DNA from: a virus
Reading direction: 5' to 3' (one strand)
Virus record (IMG/VR): IMGVR_UViG_3300048014_000353
Coordinates: 64,001-128,000 of that record
Length of the DNA stretch: 64,000 nucleotides
The notes under the pieces were generated by a model. That model was not told where the DNA came from. It was given only the letters and a program-made list of their open reading frames with translations, and did no database searches. Position 1 is the first letter of the stretch, and each line of letters starts with the position of its first letter. Made by a program: the position numbers and the translations under genes. Shown in pieces: positions 56,179 to 63,947 of the stretch.

Positions 56179-56513
56179 AGTATCTCTCGTTCGACTACCT
56201 GATCGTCGCCCTCTGCGGGGCGCTCTTTGCCGCGATCGCGCTCACCCCCGGGTGCAGCGCGAGCTTCAATGGCGCGGCGACGGCCGCCGCTCCGGGGGAC
56301 TGCGGCGGGCACATGACGTGCGGCAGCTTTTGCTGCACGGAGGCCGAGGACGGCGCGACGGACTGGGAGTGCGGCGGAACCTGGCCCGAGTGCAAGGCCG
56401 GCACGTGCTGCTACACGGGCGAGGGTGCCGTCGGCCCCGGCGACCACAGCGCGACCTTCGGCGGCGCGCGCGCGCCGGTGAGCCGCGTCGTTCCGTTGAC
56501 GGCGCGAAGGTAG
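56175..56513 (+). CDS. Cys-rich lipoprotein
   Basis: ...AIALTPG|CSA; CGGHMTCGSFCC...CKAGTCC. Confidence 0.7.
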   Translation: MKYLSFDYLIVALCGALFAAIALTPGCSASFNGAATAAAPGDCGGHMTCGSFCCTEAEDGATDWECGGTWPECKAGTCCYTGEGAVGPGDHSATFGGARAPVSRVVPLTARR

Positions 56514-56519
56514 GCGCGC

Positions 56520-56714
56520 GTGACGCACACGGTGGCCTTTCTCTTCATCCTGGGCGCGTGCCTCGCGGCGTGCGCCGAGTTCTCGGACGCGGCCGACATC
56601 CCGTGCTCCGACGAGCCGGGCATGGTCCAGGACCATGCGACATGCCTTCCGGAGAAGTTCGCGGCGCCACGGCCGCACGTCGCGCCCACGGACGCAGGGA
56701 AGGGCGCGCGATGA
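56520..56714 (+). CDS. Small lipoprotein
   Basis: FLFILGACLAA|CAE. Confidence 0.6.
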   Translation: MTHTVAFLFILGACLAACAEFSDAADIPCSDEPGMVQDHATCLPEKFAAPRPHVAPTDAGKGAR

Positions 56715-56896
56715 CGACCCATCGGCGGCTCACCTACTGCGACTTCAGGACGCTTGCCGAGGGGCGCCGTCGGCAGCGCAACGAGGACGTATCGCTTCTG
56801 CGGTTGCGGGCGGAAGAGAGTTCGCCGCTTGTGCGCGACCTCCTCAACTCTCTCGCCGACGAGATCGTCGCGCGTGCGGAGAAAGCCGGCGCATGA
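56711..56896 (+). CDS. Hypothetical protein
   Basis: ATGA coupling at both ends. Confidence 0.55.
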   Translation: MTTHRRLTYCDFRTLAEGRRRQRNEDVSLLRLRAEESSPLVRDLLNSLADEIVARAEKAGA

Positions 56897-57096
56897 GTCT
56901 CCGGATGGATCGCCGTTCCGTCTCGCGCGCGTCGCCCGAGGCGCTCCGGCGACTGGCGAGCTTCATCGGCGTCGCGTCGCGCGCGTGCGACTGCGACCGC
57001 TGCCACGCGCGCTTGGCCGAGCTCGTGGTGCGTAAGCTCGACGCCATCGAGCGGGTCGAGGTCACGCGCAAGAGCCGGCGCGAGGTCGCCGCATGA
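56893..57096 (+). CDS. Hypothetical protein with a CDCDRC motif
   Basis: ATGA coupling at both ends. Confidence 0.55.
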   Translation: MSLRMDRRSVSRASPEALRRLASFIGVASRACDCDRCHARLAELVVRKLDAIERVEVTRKSRREVAA

Positions 57097-57548
57097 GGAA
57101 CGACCCGATGGGTGAACGCGACATCGTCGATCTGCTCGCGAAGCACGAGGGGCGAGCCCGACCCGCGCTCGGGCCGCCGCGCACCACGATGGCGCAGATC
57201 GACGCGGCCCTCGCGCGCGCCCACGCGGCCGAGGCCGCGCGCCTCCGTCGGCACGAGGCCGAGGACGCGGCCACGCGCGCGCGCGAGGCGAGCACGGTGC
57301 CCACGCCCGTCGAGCCCGCGCCTCGCCCGGCCCTTCCGCGCGTGCCCCGTCGGCCGAAGGCGGAAGCCGCGCCGAAGCCCGAGCGCGAAGCCCGAACGCC
57401 GACGGCCCCCGAGGGAAGCCGGCTCGCGCAGGTGCAGGCGCGGGTGGAAGAGTTGGCGGCCGCCACGGCGCAAGCGGCACGGCGCAAGAAACTTCAGGAG
57501 GGGATCCAGGCGCAGCGCGCGCGCCTGTTGCGCAAAGCGGGCTGCTAG
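57093..57548 (+). CDS. Hypothetical helical protein
   Basis: Coupled start, Ala/Arg/Glu-rich. Confidence 0.55.
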   Translation: MRNDPMGERDIVDLLAKHEGRARPALGPPRTTMAQIDAALARAHAAEAARLRRHEAEDAATRAREASTVPTPVEPAPRPALPRVPRRPKAEAAPKPEREARTPTAPEGSRLAQVQARVEELAAATAQAARRKKLQEGIQAQRARLLRKAGC

Positions 57549-57628
57549 CCGCAGCGGACACGCCGAGGCGCGACGTCACGGTTCTTGGAGCGAGGAGACC
57601 CACCCTGTCCGTACCCCTTGGGAAGCCG

Positions 57629-58006
57629 ATGATCCTCACCTGCCTGCGTCACCGGACTGCGTCGTGCGACCCCGCGAACAGCTCCATCTGGGAGATGGAC
57701 GTCCGACGCGGCATTCATCCCCCGCGGCCGATCATCATCGCGCGCATCGTGCTCGGCAGCGCACTTCCCATCGACGTCGAGATCCCCATCTGCACCTCGC
57801 GCGTTCCGCGCAAGCTCTCGTGGCCGATCCAGTTCGTCGCGAACGGAACCTGGCGCATCGCGCTCGCCCGCTACGGCCATGACCTCCGTGAGCTCACCGA
57901 GCCCATGGAGTTCGATGATCGCCTTCCCATCGGGAGCCTCGATCTCCTTTGCTGCCCGCCCGACGTGCAGAACGATCTGCTGGGCATCGACGAGCTGCCG
58001 CTATGA
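57629..58006 (+). CDS. Hypothetical protein
   Basis: Stop overlaps the gmk ATG. Confidence 0.5.
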   Translation: MILTCLRHRTASCDPANSSIWEMDVRRGIHPPRPIIIARIVLGSALPIDVEIPICTSRVPRKLSWPIQFVANGTWRIALARYGHDLRELTEPMEFDDRLPIGSLDLLCCPPDVQNDLLGIDELPL

Positions 58007-58635
58007 CCGACCCGCTCCTCGTGTGCCTCGTGGGCCCGAGTGGGGTAGGGAAGAGCACGCTCGCGCAGCGCCTTCTCGCGGAGCGACCGGACTTCACCCG
58101 AAAGATCTCCCACACGTCCCGCAAGCCGCGCGGCTCCGAAGTGCGCGACGTGGACTACCACTTCGTGACGCGCGAGGCGTTCCTGGCGGACGTGCACGCG
58201 GGTCACTTTCTCGAGCACTCGAACGTCTACGACAACCTGTACGGAACGAGCCGCTCGGAAGTCGCGCGCGCCGTCGGCACGGGGAAGCGCGGCCTCGTGC
58301 TCGAGCTCGACGCCTATGGCGCGTCGCAGATGCGAGCGAGCGCGCCCGCGAGCACGGTCGTGGTCTTCATCCTCCCTCCATCGCTGGAGACGCTCGGGCT
58401 TCGCCTCCGGCAGCGAGCCACCGAGGACACGGCGACGATCGAGCGGCGCACCGCGGACGCCCGCGCCGAGATCGTCTTGGTCGATTCCGTCGCGGACTAC
58501 GTGATCGTCAACGACGACGCCGCGAGAGCCGGCAAGACGCTCTCGGCCCTCGTGGAGGCCGAGCTCCTCAAACGCACGAGCCCTGCCTGGGGCGACATGG
58601 CCGCACGTCTTCTGAGGAACGGAGCCATCGCTTGA
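58003..58635 (+). CDS. gmk: Guanylate kinase
   Basis: GPSGVGKST, SHTSRKPR.SE...DYHFV, FLEH..VY.NLYGT, VVVFILPPS..TL..RL..R.TE, DYVIVNDD. Confidence 0.95.
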   Translation: MTDPLLVCLVGPSGVGKSTLAQRLLAERPDFTRKISHTSRKPRGSEVRDVDYHFVTREAFLADVHAGHFLEHSNVYDNLYGTSRSEVARAVGTGKRGLVLELDAYGASQMRASAPASTVVVFILPPSLETLGLRLRQRATEDTATIERRTADARAEIVLVDSVADYVIVNDDAARAGKTLSALVEAELLKRTSPAWGDMAARLLRNGAIA

Positions 58636-58997
58636 AGCTCGCCATTCTCGAAAGCCCCTTCGCAGGCAACACCCGTCGGAACAAGGCCTACGCGCGCGCG
58701 TGCCTCACTGACAGTCTCCGTCGCGGCGAGGCCCCACTGGCATCCAACATCTTGTACACGCAGACCGGCGTGCTGAACGACACCGATCCGGGCGAGCGAC
58801 GGCTCGGCATGGAAGCCGGCTTCGCGTGGGGGAAGGTCGCCGACCTCGTCGTCTTCTACGTCGACTTCGGCTGGAGCGCCGGGATGAACGAGGGACTCCG
58901 GCGCGCGCGCGAGCGCAACGCACACGTGCGGACCCGGACGCTCGGCGGCCCGTGGAGCGCGCTCGCCCCTTCGGACGCCCACTTCTCGGCAGGCTGA
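58632..58997 (+). CDS. Nucleoside deoxyribosyltransferase-like (DUF4406/DUF7768-like) protein
   Basis: TTG coupled start; ILESPFAG...N.AYARAC...RGEAPLAS...D...ER.LG...VVFYVD.G.S.GM. Confidence 0.7.
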   Translation: MKLAILESPFAGNTRRNKAYARACLTDSLRRGEAPLASNILYTQTGVLNDTDPGERRLGMEAGFAWGKVADLVVFYVDFGWSAGMNEGLRRARERNAHVRTRTLGGPWSALAPSDAHFSAG

Positions 58998-59027
58998 TCC
59001 ACCCAAAAGCTGAAGGAGGCACACGGC

Positions 59028-59525
59028 ATGGCGCGCGAGCTTCTCGTCAAGGATGCGGTGGTGGTCGAGCCCGTCACGCGCGTACGCCGTCGTCGCGTCA
59101 TGCCGAAGGTGCCGAAGTTCTACGGCGAGAAGCCTCTCTACTGGTGGAGCTTCGATGCCCCCGAAGGGGAGTGGCACTACGGCTTTGCCCACGGCGAGAC
59201 GATTCAGCAGGTGATGGGGATCACGTCCCCGATCTGGGCGGTGACGACGCATGACCTGCGGTGGGTCCTGTTCGACGAGGTCCTCCTCGAGCCCGACCGG
59301 CGCAGGCACCTGCAAAACCTCTTTTGGCACGAGACCAACCACGTGCTGCCGTTCGGGATGCTCCATCAGCACGCGATCGCGCGCCTGTTGGGCGGCCGTC
59401 GAAACGAAGAGGGCTGGTGCGACCACCTCGCGATGGCGTCGATGCCTCTGTTCGACGCGAAGGTCATTCGTCTCCCGCCGTTGCCACGTCCGAAACGGAT
59501 CGCCGACTGGAGGGCCGCCGTATGA
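59028..59525 (+). CDS. HEXXH metallopeptidase-like protein (ImmA/IrrE-like)
   Basis: LFWHETNH followed by NEEGWCD; AAGGAGG RBS. Confidence 0.6.
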   Translation: MARELLVKDAVVVEPVTRVRRRRVMPKVPKFYGEKPLYWWSFDAPEGEWHYGFAHGETIQQVMGITSPIWAVTTHDLRWVLFDEVLLEPDRRRHLQNLFWHETNHVLPFGMLHQHAIARLLGGRRNEEGWCDHLAMASMPLFDAKVIRLPPLPRPKRIADWRAAV

Positions 59526-60970
59526 ACCCGCACTGGACCGAAGCTGAGCTCCGCCGCCTCAAGGAATCGCTCCGCGGCTGCCGCACGAAGGACGAAGCGA
59601 CCATCGCAGCGCAGCGCATCCGGCGCGGCATCACCGCGACCGCGCTCGACATGGTGTGCACGAAGAAGTTCGGCCGCACCCTCACGCGAATTCTCTACGA
59701 TAACATCAACGGACGGTCGGAGGCACCGGCCGCGCCGGAGCTCGGCCCCACGACCCACGACACCGAGCGCGAGATGCGCGCGGTGCGCGTGCCCGCGGTC
59801 GAGGTGAGGCGCGCGGAGCCCGCGCCGTTGCCGAAGGTCATCGTGCAGCCGGAGGACTTCGAGATCCCGGTCGAGGCCGAGGGGTTCGAGGACCTCGCGG
59901 CGAACGCACCCGCCGACGCGACCCGGGCGCTCAACGCGCTTTCGGAGGATGTGCCGACCGATGCGCGCCAGAGCGAGGCGCCGCTCACGGACCTCGAGCG
60001 GCATCGCCTCGTGCGATCGGTCTCGGAGCTCACCGCCGCCCGCAAGCGGCTCGTGGCCGAGCTGGCCGATAAGGAGGAGCAGATCTCCATCCTCTCGGGC
60101 CTGAAGGCCGCGCCGCCGGCGAAGATCGTCGCGCCCCAAGGGCGAGGGGAGGGGCGCCAGCGCCTCGCGGTGCCGGTGATGCTTCTCTCTGACTGGCACG
60201 TCGAGGAGCCGGTCGACCCCGAGAGCGTCTCCGGTCTCAATACCTACAATCTCGACATCGCCGACGCGTGCATCACCAAGTGCGCCGAAGCGTTCGAGTG
60301 GCTCGTGCGTGACCCGCGCTTCGACATGCGCACGGCCATTGTCGCGATCATCGGCGATCTTTACTCAGGCTACATCCACACGGAGCTGGTCGAGAGCAAC
60401 TTCCTGTCGCCGGTGCAGGCGGTCGTGTGGCTGCAGGAGCGGATCGAGCGAATGCTCCGTCGCATCCTGGCGACGACCGACTTCGAGCGCATCATCGTTC
60501 CCTGCAACGACGGGAATCACGGGCGCCTCACGGACAAGATCCGCGTCTCGACCCGCACCGCCAACAGCCTCGAGTGGTTGCTCTACAAGACGCTCGCCGC
60601 GCGCTTTCAGGACGAGCCGCGGATCGAGTTCCACATCGCCGATGGCGAGTACAACTACATCGACGTCTTCGACCAGACGTACTGCTTCTTTCACGGCGAC
60701 TCGGTGCGGTACATGGGCGGCGTCGGCGGCCTCCTCATCCCGATGAAGCGCGGGCTCAACGAGCTGCGCAAGTACCGGAAGGTGGATCACTTCGCCTTCG
60801 GGCACTTCCACCAGCGCATCGACATTCCGGAAATGTCCGGAAACGGCTCGATGATCGGGATCAACGCCTACGCGATGCGGCTCAAGGTCACTCCCGAGCC
60901 GCGCCAGCAGTCGTTCTTCCTCATCGATGACCAGCGCGGGAAATGCCAGAGCACGCCGATCTGGCTGTGA
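59522..60970 (+). CDS. Calcineurin-like metallophosphoesterase with N-terminal helical and coiled-coil regions
   Basis: LSDWH, IGD, DGNHGR, FHGD, GHFH motifs; MNPHWTEAEL start coupled to the upstream gene. Confidence 0.85.
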   Translation: MNPHWTEAELRRLKESLRGCRTKDEATIAAQRIRRGITATALDMVCTKKFGRTLTRILYDNINGRSEAPAAPELGPTTHDTEREMRAVRVPAVEVRRAEPAPLPKVIVQPEDFEIPVEAEGFEDLAANAPADATRALNALSEDVPTDARQSEAPLTDLERHRLVRSVSELTAARKRLVAELADKEEQISILSGLKAAPPAKIVAPQGRGEGRQRLAVPVMLLSDWHVEEPVDPESVSGLNTYNLDIADACITKCAEAFEWLVRDPRFDMRTAIVAIIGDLYSGYIHTELVESNFLSPVQAVVWLQERIERMLRRILATTDFERIIVPCNDGNHGRLTDKIRVSTRTANSLEWLLYKTLAARFQDEPRIEFHIADGEYNYIDVFDQTYCFFHGDSVRYMGGVGGLLIPMKRGLNELRKYRKVDHFAFGHFHQRIDIPEMSGNGSMIGINAYAMRLKVTPEPRQQSFFLIDDQRGKCQSTPIWL

Positions 60971-60996
60971 CGTTCGACTCAGGAGGAGGCACGACC

Positions 60997-61497
60997 ATGG
61001 AGAAGAAACTCGGCGCACTCCAAGGGATGCTCGACCGCGCGCGGCTCGCGCTTGCCCACCGCGCCGGCGTCCCTGCCGAACGCCTCCGTCACACCATCCG
61101 CGAGCTCCAGACGCTCGCGGACTTTATCAAGGACCATCCGGAAGACAGGACGGTGGAGCGCATCTACGTCCTCGCCGAGCGCGTCGGGGACCTGCATGCG
61201 CGCGTGCGGGAGTGGGCGACGGAGAACCGGGTCTACTACCCGTCCATCGACAGCTCTCCGACGGTGCCCACGCTCTCGAGCGCGGAGATCCAGAGGGCGA
61301 TCGCCGCCATGCCCAAGGGCGCGTCCGAGCCCCCGCCGGCCGTGAGCGCGCAGATCATCGAGGCCATCCGCGGCCCCGAGGACTCGTGCCATGACCACGA
61401 CGGCTTCGCCGACGGCACCGACGCGCGCGACTCGGCCCCCCCGAGCGCGCCGACCTTGCCGCGCCTCGACGACCCCGAGGAAGACGAGCCGGCGTGA
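60997..61497 (+). CDS. Hypothetical protein
   Basis: AGGAGGAGG RBS before ATG 60997. Confidence 0.65.
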   Translation: MEKKLGALQGMLDRARLALAHRAGVPAERLRHTIRELQTLADFIKDHPEDRTVERIYVLAERVGDLHARVREWATENRVYYPSIDSSPTVPTLSSAEIQRAIAAMPKGASEPPPAVSAQIIEAIRGPEDSCHDHDGFADGTDARDSAPPSAPTLPRLDDPEEDEPA

Positions 61498-61500
61498 AAC

Positions 61501-61532
61501 GCTTGCGGCGCGTCCGACTCGCATGCGAGGCA
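61501..61532 (+). promoter_or_regulatory. Second copy of the 32-bp intergenic element
   Basis: gcttgcggcgcgtccgactcgcatgcgaggca, 29/32 identical to 39193-39224. Confidence 0.55.
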
Positions 61533-61552
61533 ATCAACACGCGGGAGTAGCC

Positions 61553-62134
61553 ATGGCCACGAAGAAGAAGCGCACGATCCTTCCCGCCGAGAACGCAGCC
61601 CTGCGCGCTGAAAACGCGCGCCTGAGGGACGAGAACCTGGGCCTGAGGTTCGCGCTCGAGCTTACGCAGAAGATGGCGTCGGCCGCGGCAGCTGCATCGC
61701 TTCCGTCGATCGGAATGTCGGCGCCCGTGCCCCCGATGCCGCCCGTGCCCATCTGCACCCACGACTTCCCGTCGCACATGGTCGGCCCGAGCCCGTGCCG
61801 AAAGTGCGTGATGTGGCCCTACCCGCTGGAAGTCACGTGCTACCCGGAGCCCTATTCGATCTCGGGTGACGGCGTCGCTGCGTTCGTTCTGCGCGACGCC
61901 GTCATGGGCACGCTCACCACGAACCCCGACGGCACGACCACGTTCGAAGACAACAGGGGCAACGTCACGCACGGCGTGTCGCCGCTTCTGAAGGGGGGCG
62001 CGGCGCTTTCGGACCACGGCCTCGTCGTCGGCGGCCCGCAGCGCCCGAACGTGCACGTCGGCGGCAACGAGTCTCTGATCGGCGTGCTCGCGGCGCAGTC
62101 GAGCAGCTTTGTCGGGGTTGGGAGTTCGCACTGA
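61553..62134 (+). CDS. Hypothetical protein (coiled coil, Cys/His cluster, beta C-terminus)
   Basis: GGGAG RBS; TGATG coupling to the endolysin. Confidence 0.6.
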   Translation: MATKKKRTILPAENAALRAENARLRDENLGLRFALELTQKMASAAAAASLPSIGMSAPVPPMPPVPICTHDFPSHMVGPSPCRKCVMWPYPLEVTCYPEPYSISGDGVAAFVLRDAVMGTLTTNPDGTTTFEDNRGNVTHGVSPLLKGGAALSDHGLVVGGPQRPNVHVGGNESLIGVLAAQSSSFVGVGSSH

Positions 62135-62859
62135 TGCCCGTCCTCGGCATCGACGTCGGCGTCGACCAGGGCACCCTCGGCCTCGGCGCGTGGCAGAAGA
62201 TCCGGTCGGAGAACATCGTCTTCGCGTTCCTCCGGTGCATGGAGGGGCTCGACCCGGTCGATTCGACCTACGCCGGGAACGTGACCAGCGCGCTGTCCGC
62301 CGGCATCGTCGTGGGGGCGTACTTCGTCCTTCACCCGTGGCTCGACGTCGCCAGCCAGGTGCGCGCGTGGTTCGCGGCGGCAAAGGGCATCGGCGCCTCG
62401 TACCGAGACCTCGCGCCCGTCATCGACATCGAGCTCGATCACGACGGCGCGCGCGCGATGACCCCCGCGCAGATCCTGGCGGCGCTCATCCTCTGCGCGA
62501 AGACGATGGACGCGGCCTGGGGACGACCGCCAACGATCTACACGTACCCGGATTTCGAGAAGCGAGACATCCTCGGAGGGGGGGACGCGACGCCGCTCGC
62601 GGCGTACCCGCTCTGGCTCGCCGCCTACCAGGCAAGCCCTCCGGCGAAGGCCCCTCTGCCGTGGGCGACGATTACGTTCTGGCAGGAGTCGGGGGGGAAC
62701 AAGTACCGGACCCCGATCGGCACCCCGTGCGACCAGGACGTGTTCCTGGGGGACGAGGCGGCCTTCGCGGCGTTCCTCGCGCCGCCGCGCCCCATTCCCA
62801 ACCCGCTCGCGGGGATCCCGGTGCCCGGCATCGACCCCGACGCGGAACGCGACGCGTGA
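62134..62859 (+). CDS. GH25 muramidase (endolysin)
   Basis: GIDV, AFLRCMEG, VGAYFV, VIDIE (DxE), IYT, LWLAAY, FWQ. Confidence 0.9.
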   Translation: MPVLGIDVGVDQGTLGLGAWQKIRSENIVFAFLRCMEGLDPVDSTYAGNVTSALSAGIVVGAYFVLHPWLDVASQVRAWFAAAKGIGASYRDLAPVIDIELDHDGARAMTPAQILAALILCAKTMDAAWGRPPTIYTYPDFEKRDILGGGDATPLAAYPLWLAAYQASPPAKAPLPWATITFWQESGGNKYRTPIGTPCDQDVFLGDEAAFAAFLAPPRPIPNPLAGIPVPGIDPDAERDA

Positions 62860-62888
62860 ACGAAGCCGGACCTACCCGAAGGAGACCC

Positions 62889-63107
62889 ATGCCCCACAAG
62901 ATCAACCTGAAGAACGTATTCCGGCACCACCCGCCGACCCTCGAGCAGATTCCCAAGTACGAGGCCGTGCGCGCGGGCGCGCTCGCGTTCGCGGAGGTCA
63001 TCGAGGCGACCACCCCGGACGGTCCGGACAAGAGCGCTGCGATTCGCCTCGTGCGCGAGGCCATGATGACGGCCAACGCCGGCATCGCGCTCGACGGGCA
63101 GCTCTGA
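62889..63107 (+). CDS. Acb2/Tad1-like nucleotide-signal sponge protein
   Basis: 72 aa: FRHHPPT.EQ..KYEAVRA.A..FA..I....P.GPDKS.AIR..REAMMTANA.IA matches the Acb2/Tad1 hairpin pattern from memory; AAGGAG RBS. Confidence 0.7.
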   Translation: MPHKINLKNVFRHHPPTLEQIPKYEAVRAGALAFAEVIEATTPDGPDKSAAIRLVREAMMTANAGIALDGQL

Positions 63108-63122
63108 GGGCGCAACAGGGTC

Positions 63123-63365
63123 ATGCCGAAAGACCTGGTTGCGCGACTCTTCGCGGAAGTGCGGCCGAATCTACCGAAGGGGTTCGTCCCCTCCGTCGCG
63201 GTCGTGTGCCCCTTCTGCGAGGGACTCGGCCGGGAGTGCATCTACATCTTCGGCGAGATGCGCGGGGACATCGTCCTCTGCCATAGCGAGCCGACGTGCT
63301 GCGAGTTCCGCGACCGCGAACCGGACGACTTTATGGAGGCGGCGCGCTTTCGGATGACGTCGTAA
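63123..63365 (+). CDS. Small Cys-rich hypothetical protein
   Basis: CPFC and CHSEPTCC; last ORF before the non-coding region. Confidence 0.55.
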   Translation: MPKDLVARLFAEVRPNLPKGFVPSVAVVCPFCEGLGRECIYIFGEMRGDIVLCHSEPTCCEFRDREPDDFMEAARFRMTS

Positions 63366-63484
63366 GGACGCGGTTGCGCGCGCGAACGACTATGCCGTCG
63401 TCCGGCGCGCTGTACCGAGAACGAGCGTCATCAGCGCGGATGTCCTCGCCGGTCTTTGACCGCGCGGCTTCTTAGACTTCGGCC

Positions 63485-63527
63485 AAGGCCACCGGTCCCG
63501 CGAGGGATCGGTGGCCTTTCGTCGTTT
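63485..63527 (+). terminator. Terminator-like hairpin 1 (15-bp stem, GCGA tetraloop, TTTCGTCGTTT tail)
   Basis: aaggccaccggtccc-GCGA-gggatcggtggcctt. Confidence 0.65.
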
Positions 63528-63529
63528 GT

Positions 63530-63790
63530 GGACGTGAAGGAGACAGTCTTCTTGCTAGCGCGACTCGTAAGCAAGTCGTACGGTGGCATCGTGATGACTC
63601 GCTCAGCCGCCGCCACGTCGATTGAATCGCTGCTGCATTCCGCAGCGGCGATGGCGTGCGTCCGCCTTTCGAGCGATCGCCAGACGCCCAAGGCGTATCC
63701 CACCTTCGGAAGCTGGTCGATCAATCCGGAGGTGGGGCAAACGTAGGGCGGCATTCGGAGTAGAGCGATAGCTCGAAACAAGGCCGCCCG
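63530..63790 (+). ncRNA. Candidate structured non-coding RNA of unknown family
   Basis: Dense hairpins with G:U pairs (for example 63616-63642), no coding-like ORF, bounded by twin hairpins, upstream of tRNAs. Confidence 0.35.
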
Positions 63791-63818
63791 GAGAGATCCG
63801 AGGCGGCTTTCGTCGTTT
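63780..63818 (+). terminator. Terminator-like hairpin 2 (GAGA tetraloop, same TTTCGTCGTTT tail)
   Basis: aaggccgcc-cgga-GAGA-tccg-a-ggcggcttt. Confidence 0.55.
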
Positions 63819-63820
63819 CT

Positions 63821-63904
63821 GGGGTGCGATGGCGGGTGGCTCCCGCAGGCCGGCTGTAACCCGGTCGCCAAGGCTAGTGGTTCGAATCCACCGACACCCC
63901 ACCA
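63821..63904 (+). tRNA. tRNA-Tyr(GUA), non-canonical type II, CCA encoded
   Basis: Acceptor GGGGTG/CACCCC, A73, CCA; anticodon stem GCCGG/CCGGT with loop CTGTAAC; variable arm GCC-AA-GGC; T loop GGTTCGAATCC. Confidence 0.75.
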
Positions 63905-63947
63905 GCAAAGAGGACCAGGTGAAACAGGGACCAAAGCACGAAAGCGA

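Noticed and set aside
63730-63790. c-di-GMP-I riboswitch suggested by GGCAAAC
   Set aside because: The other conserved elements of that motif could not be placed by eye; left as an unidentified structured RNA
63821-63904. tmRNA or selenocysteine/pyrrolysine tRNA
   Set aside because: Only 84 nt with a full anticodon arm reading GUA, no G3:U70 pair, no tag reading frame, and the anticodon is neither UCA nor CUA
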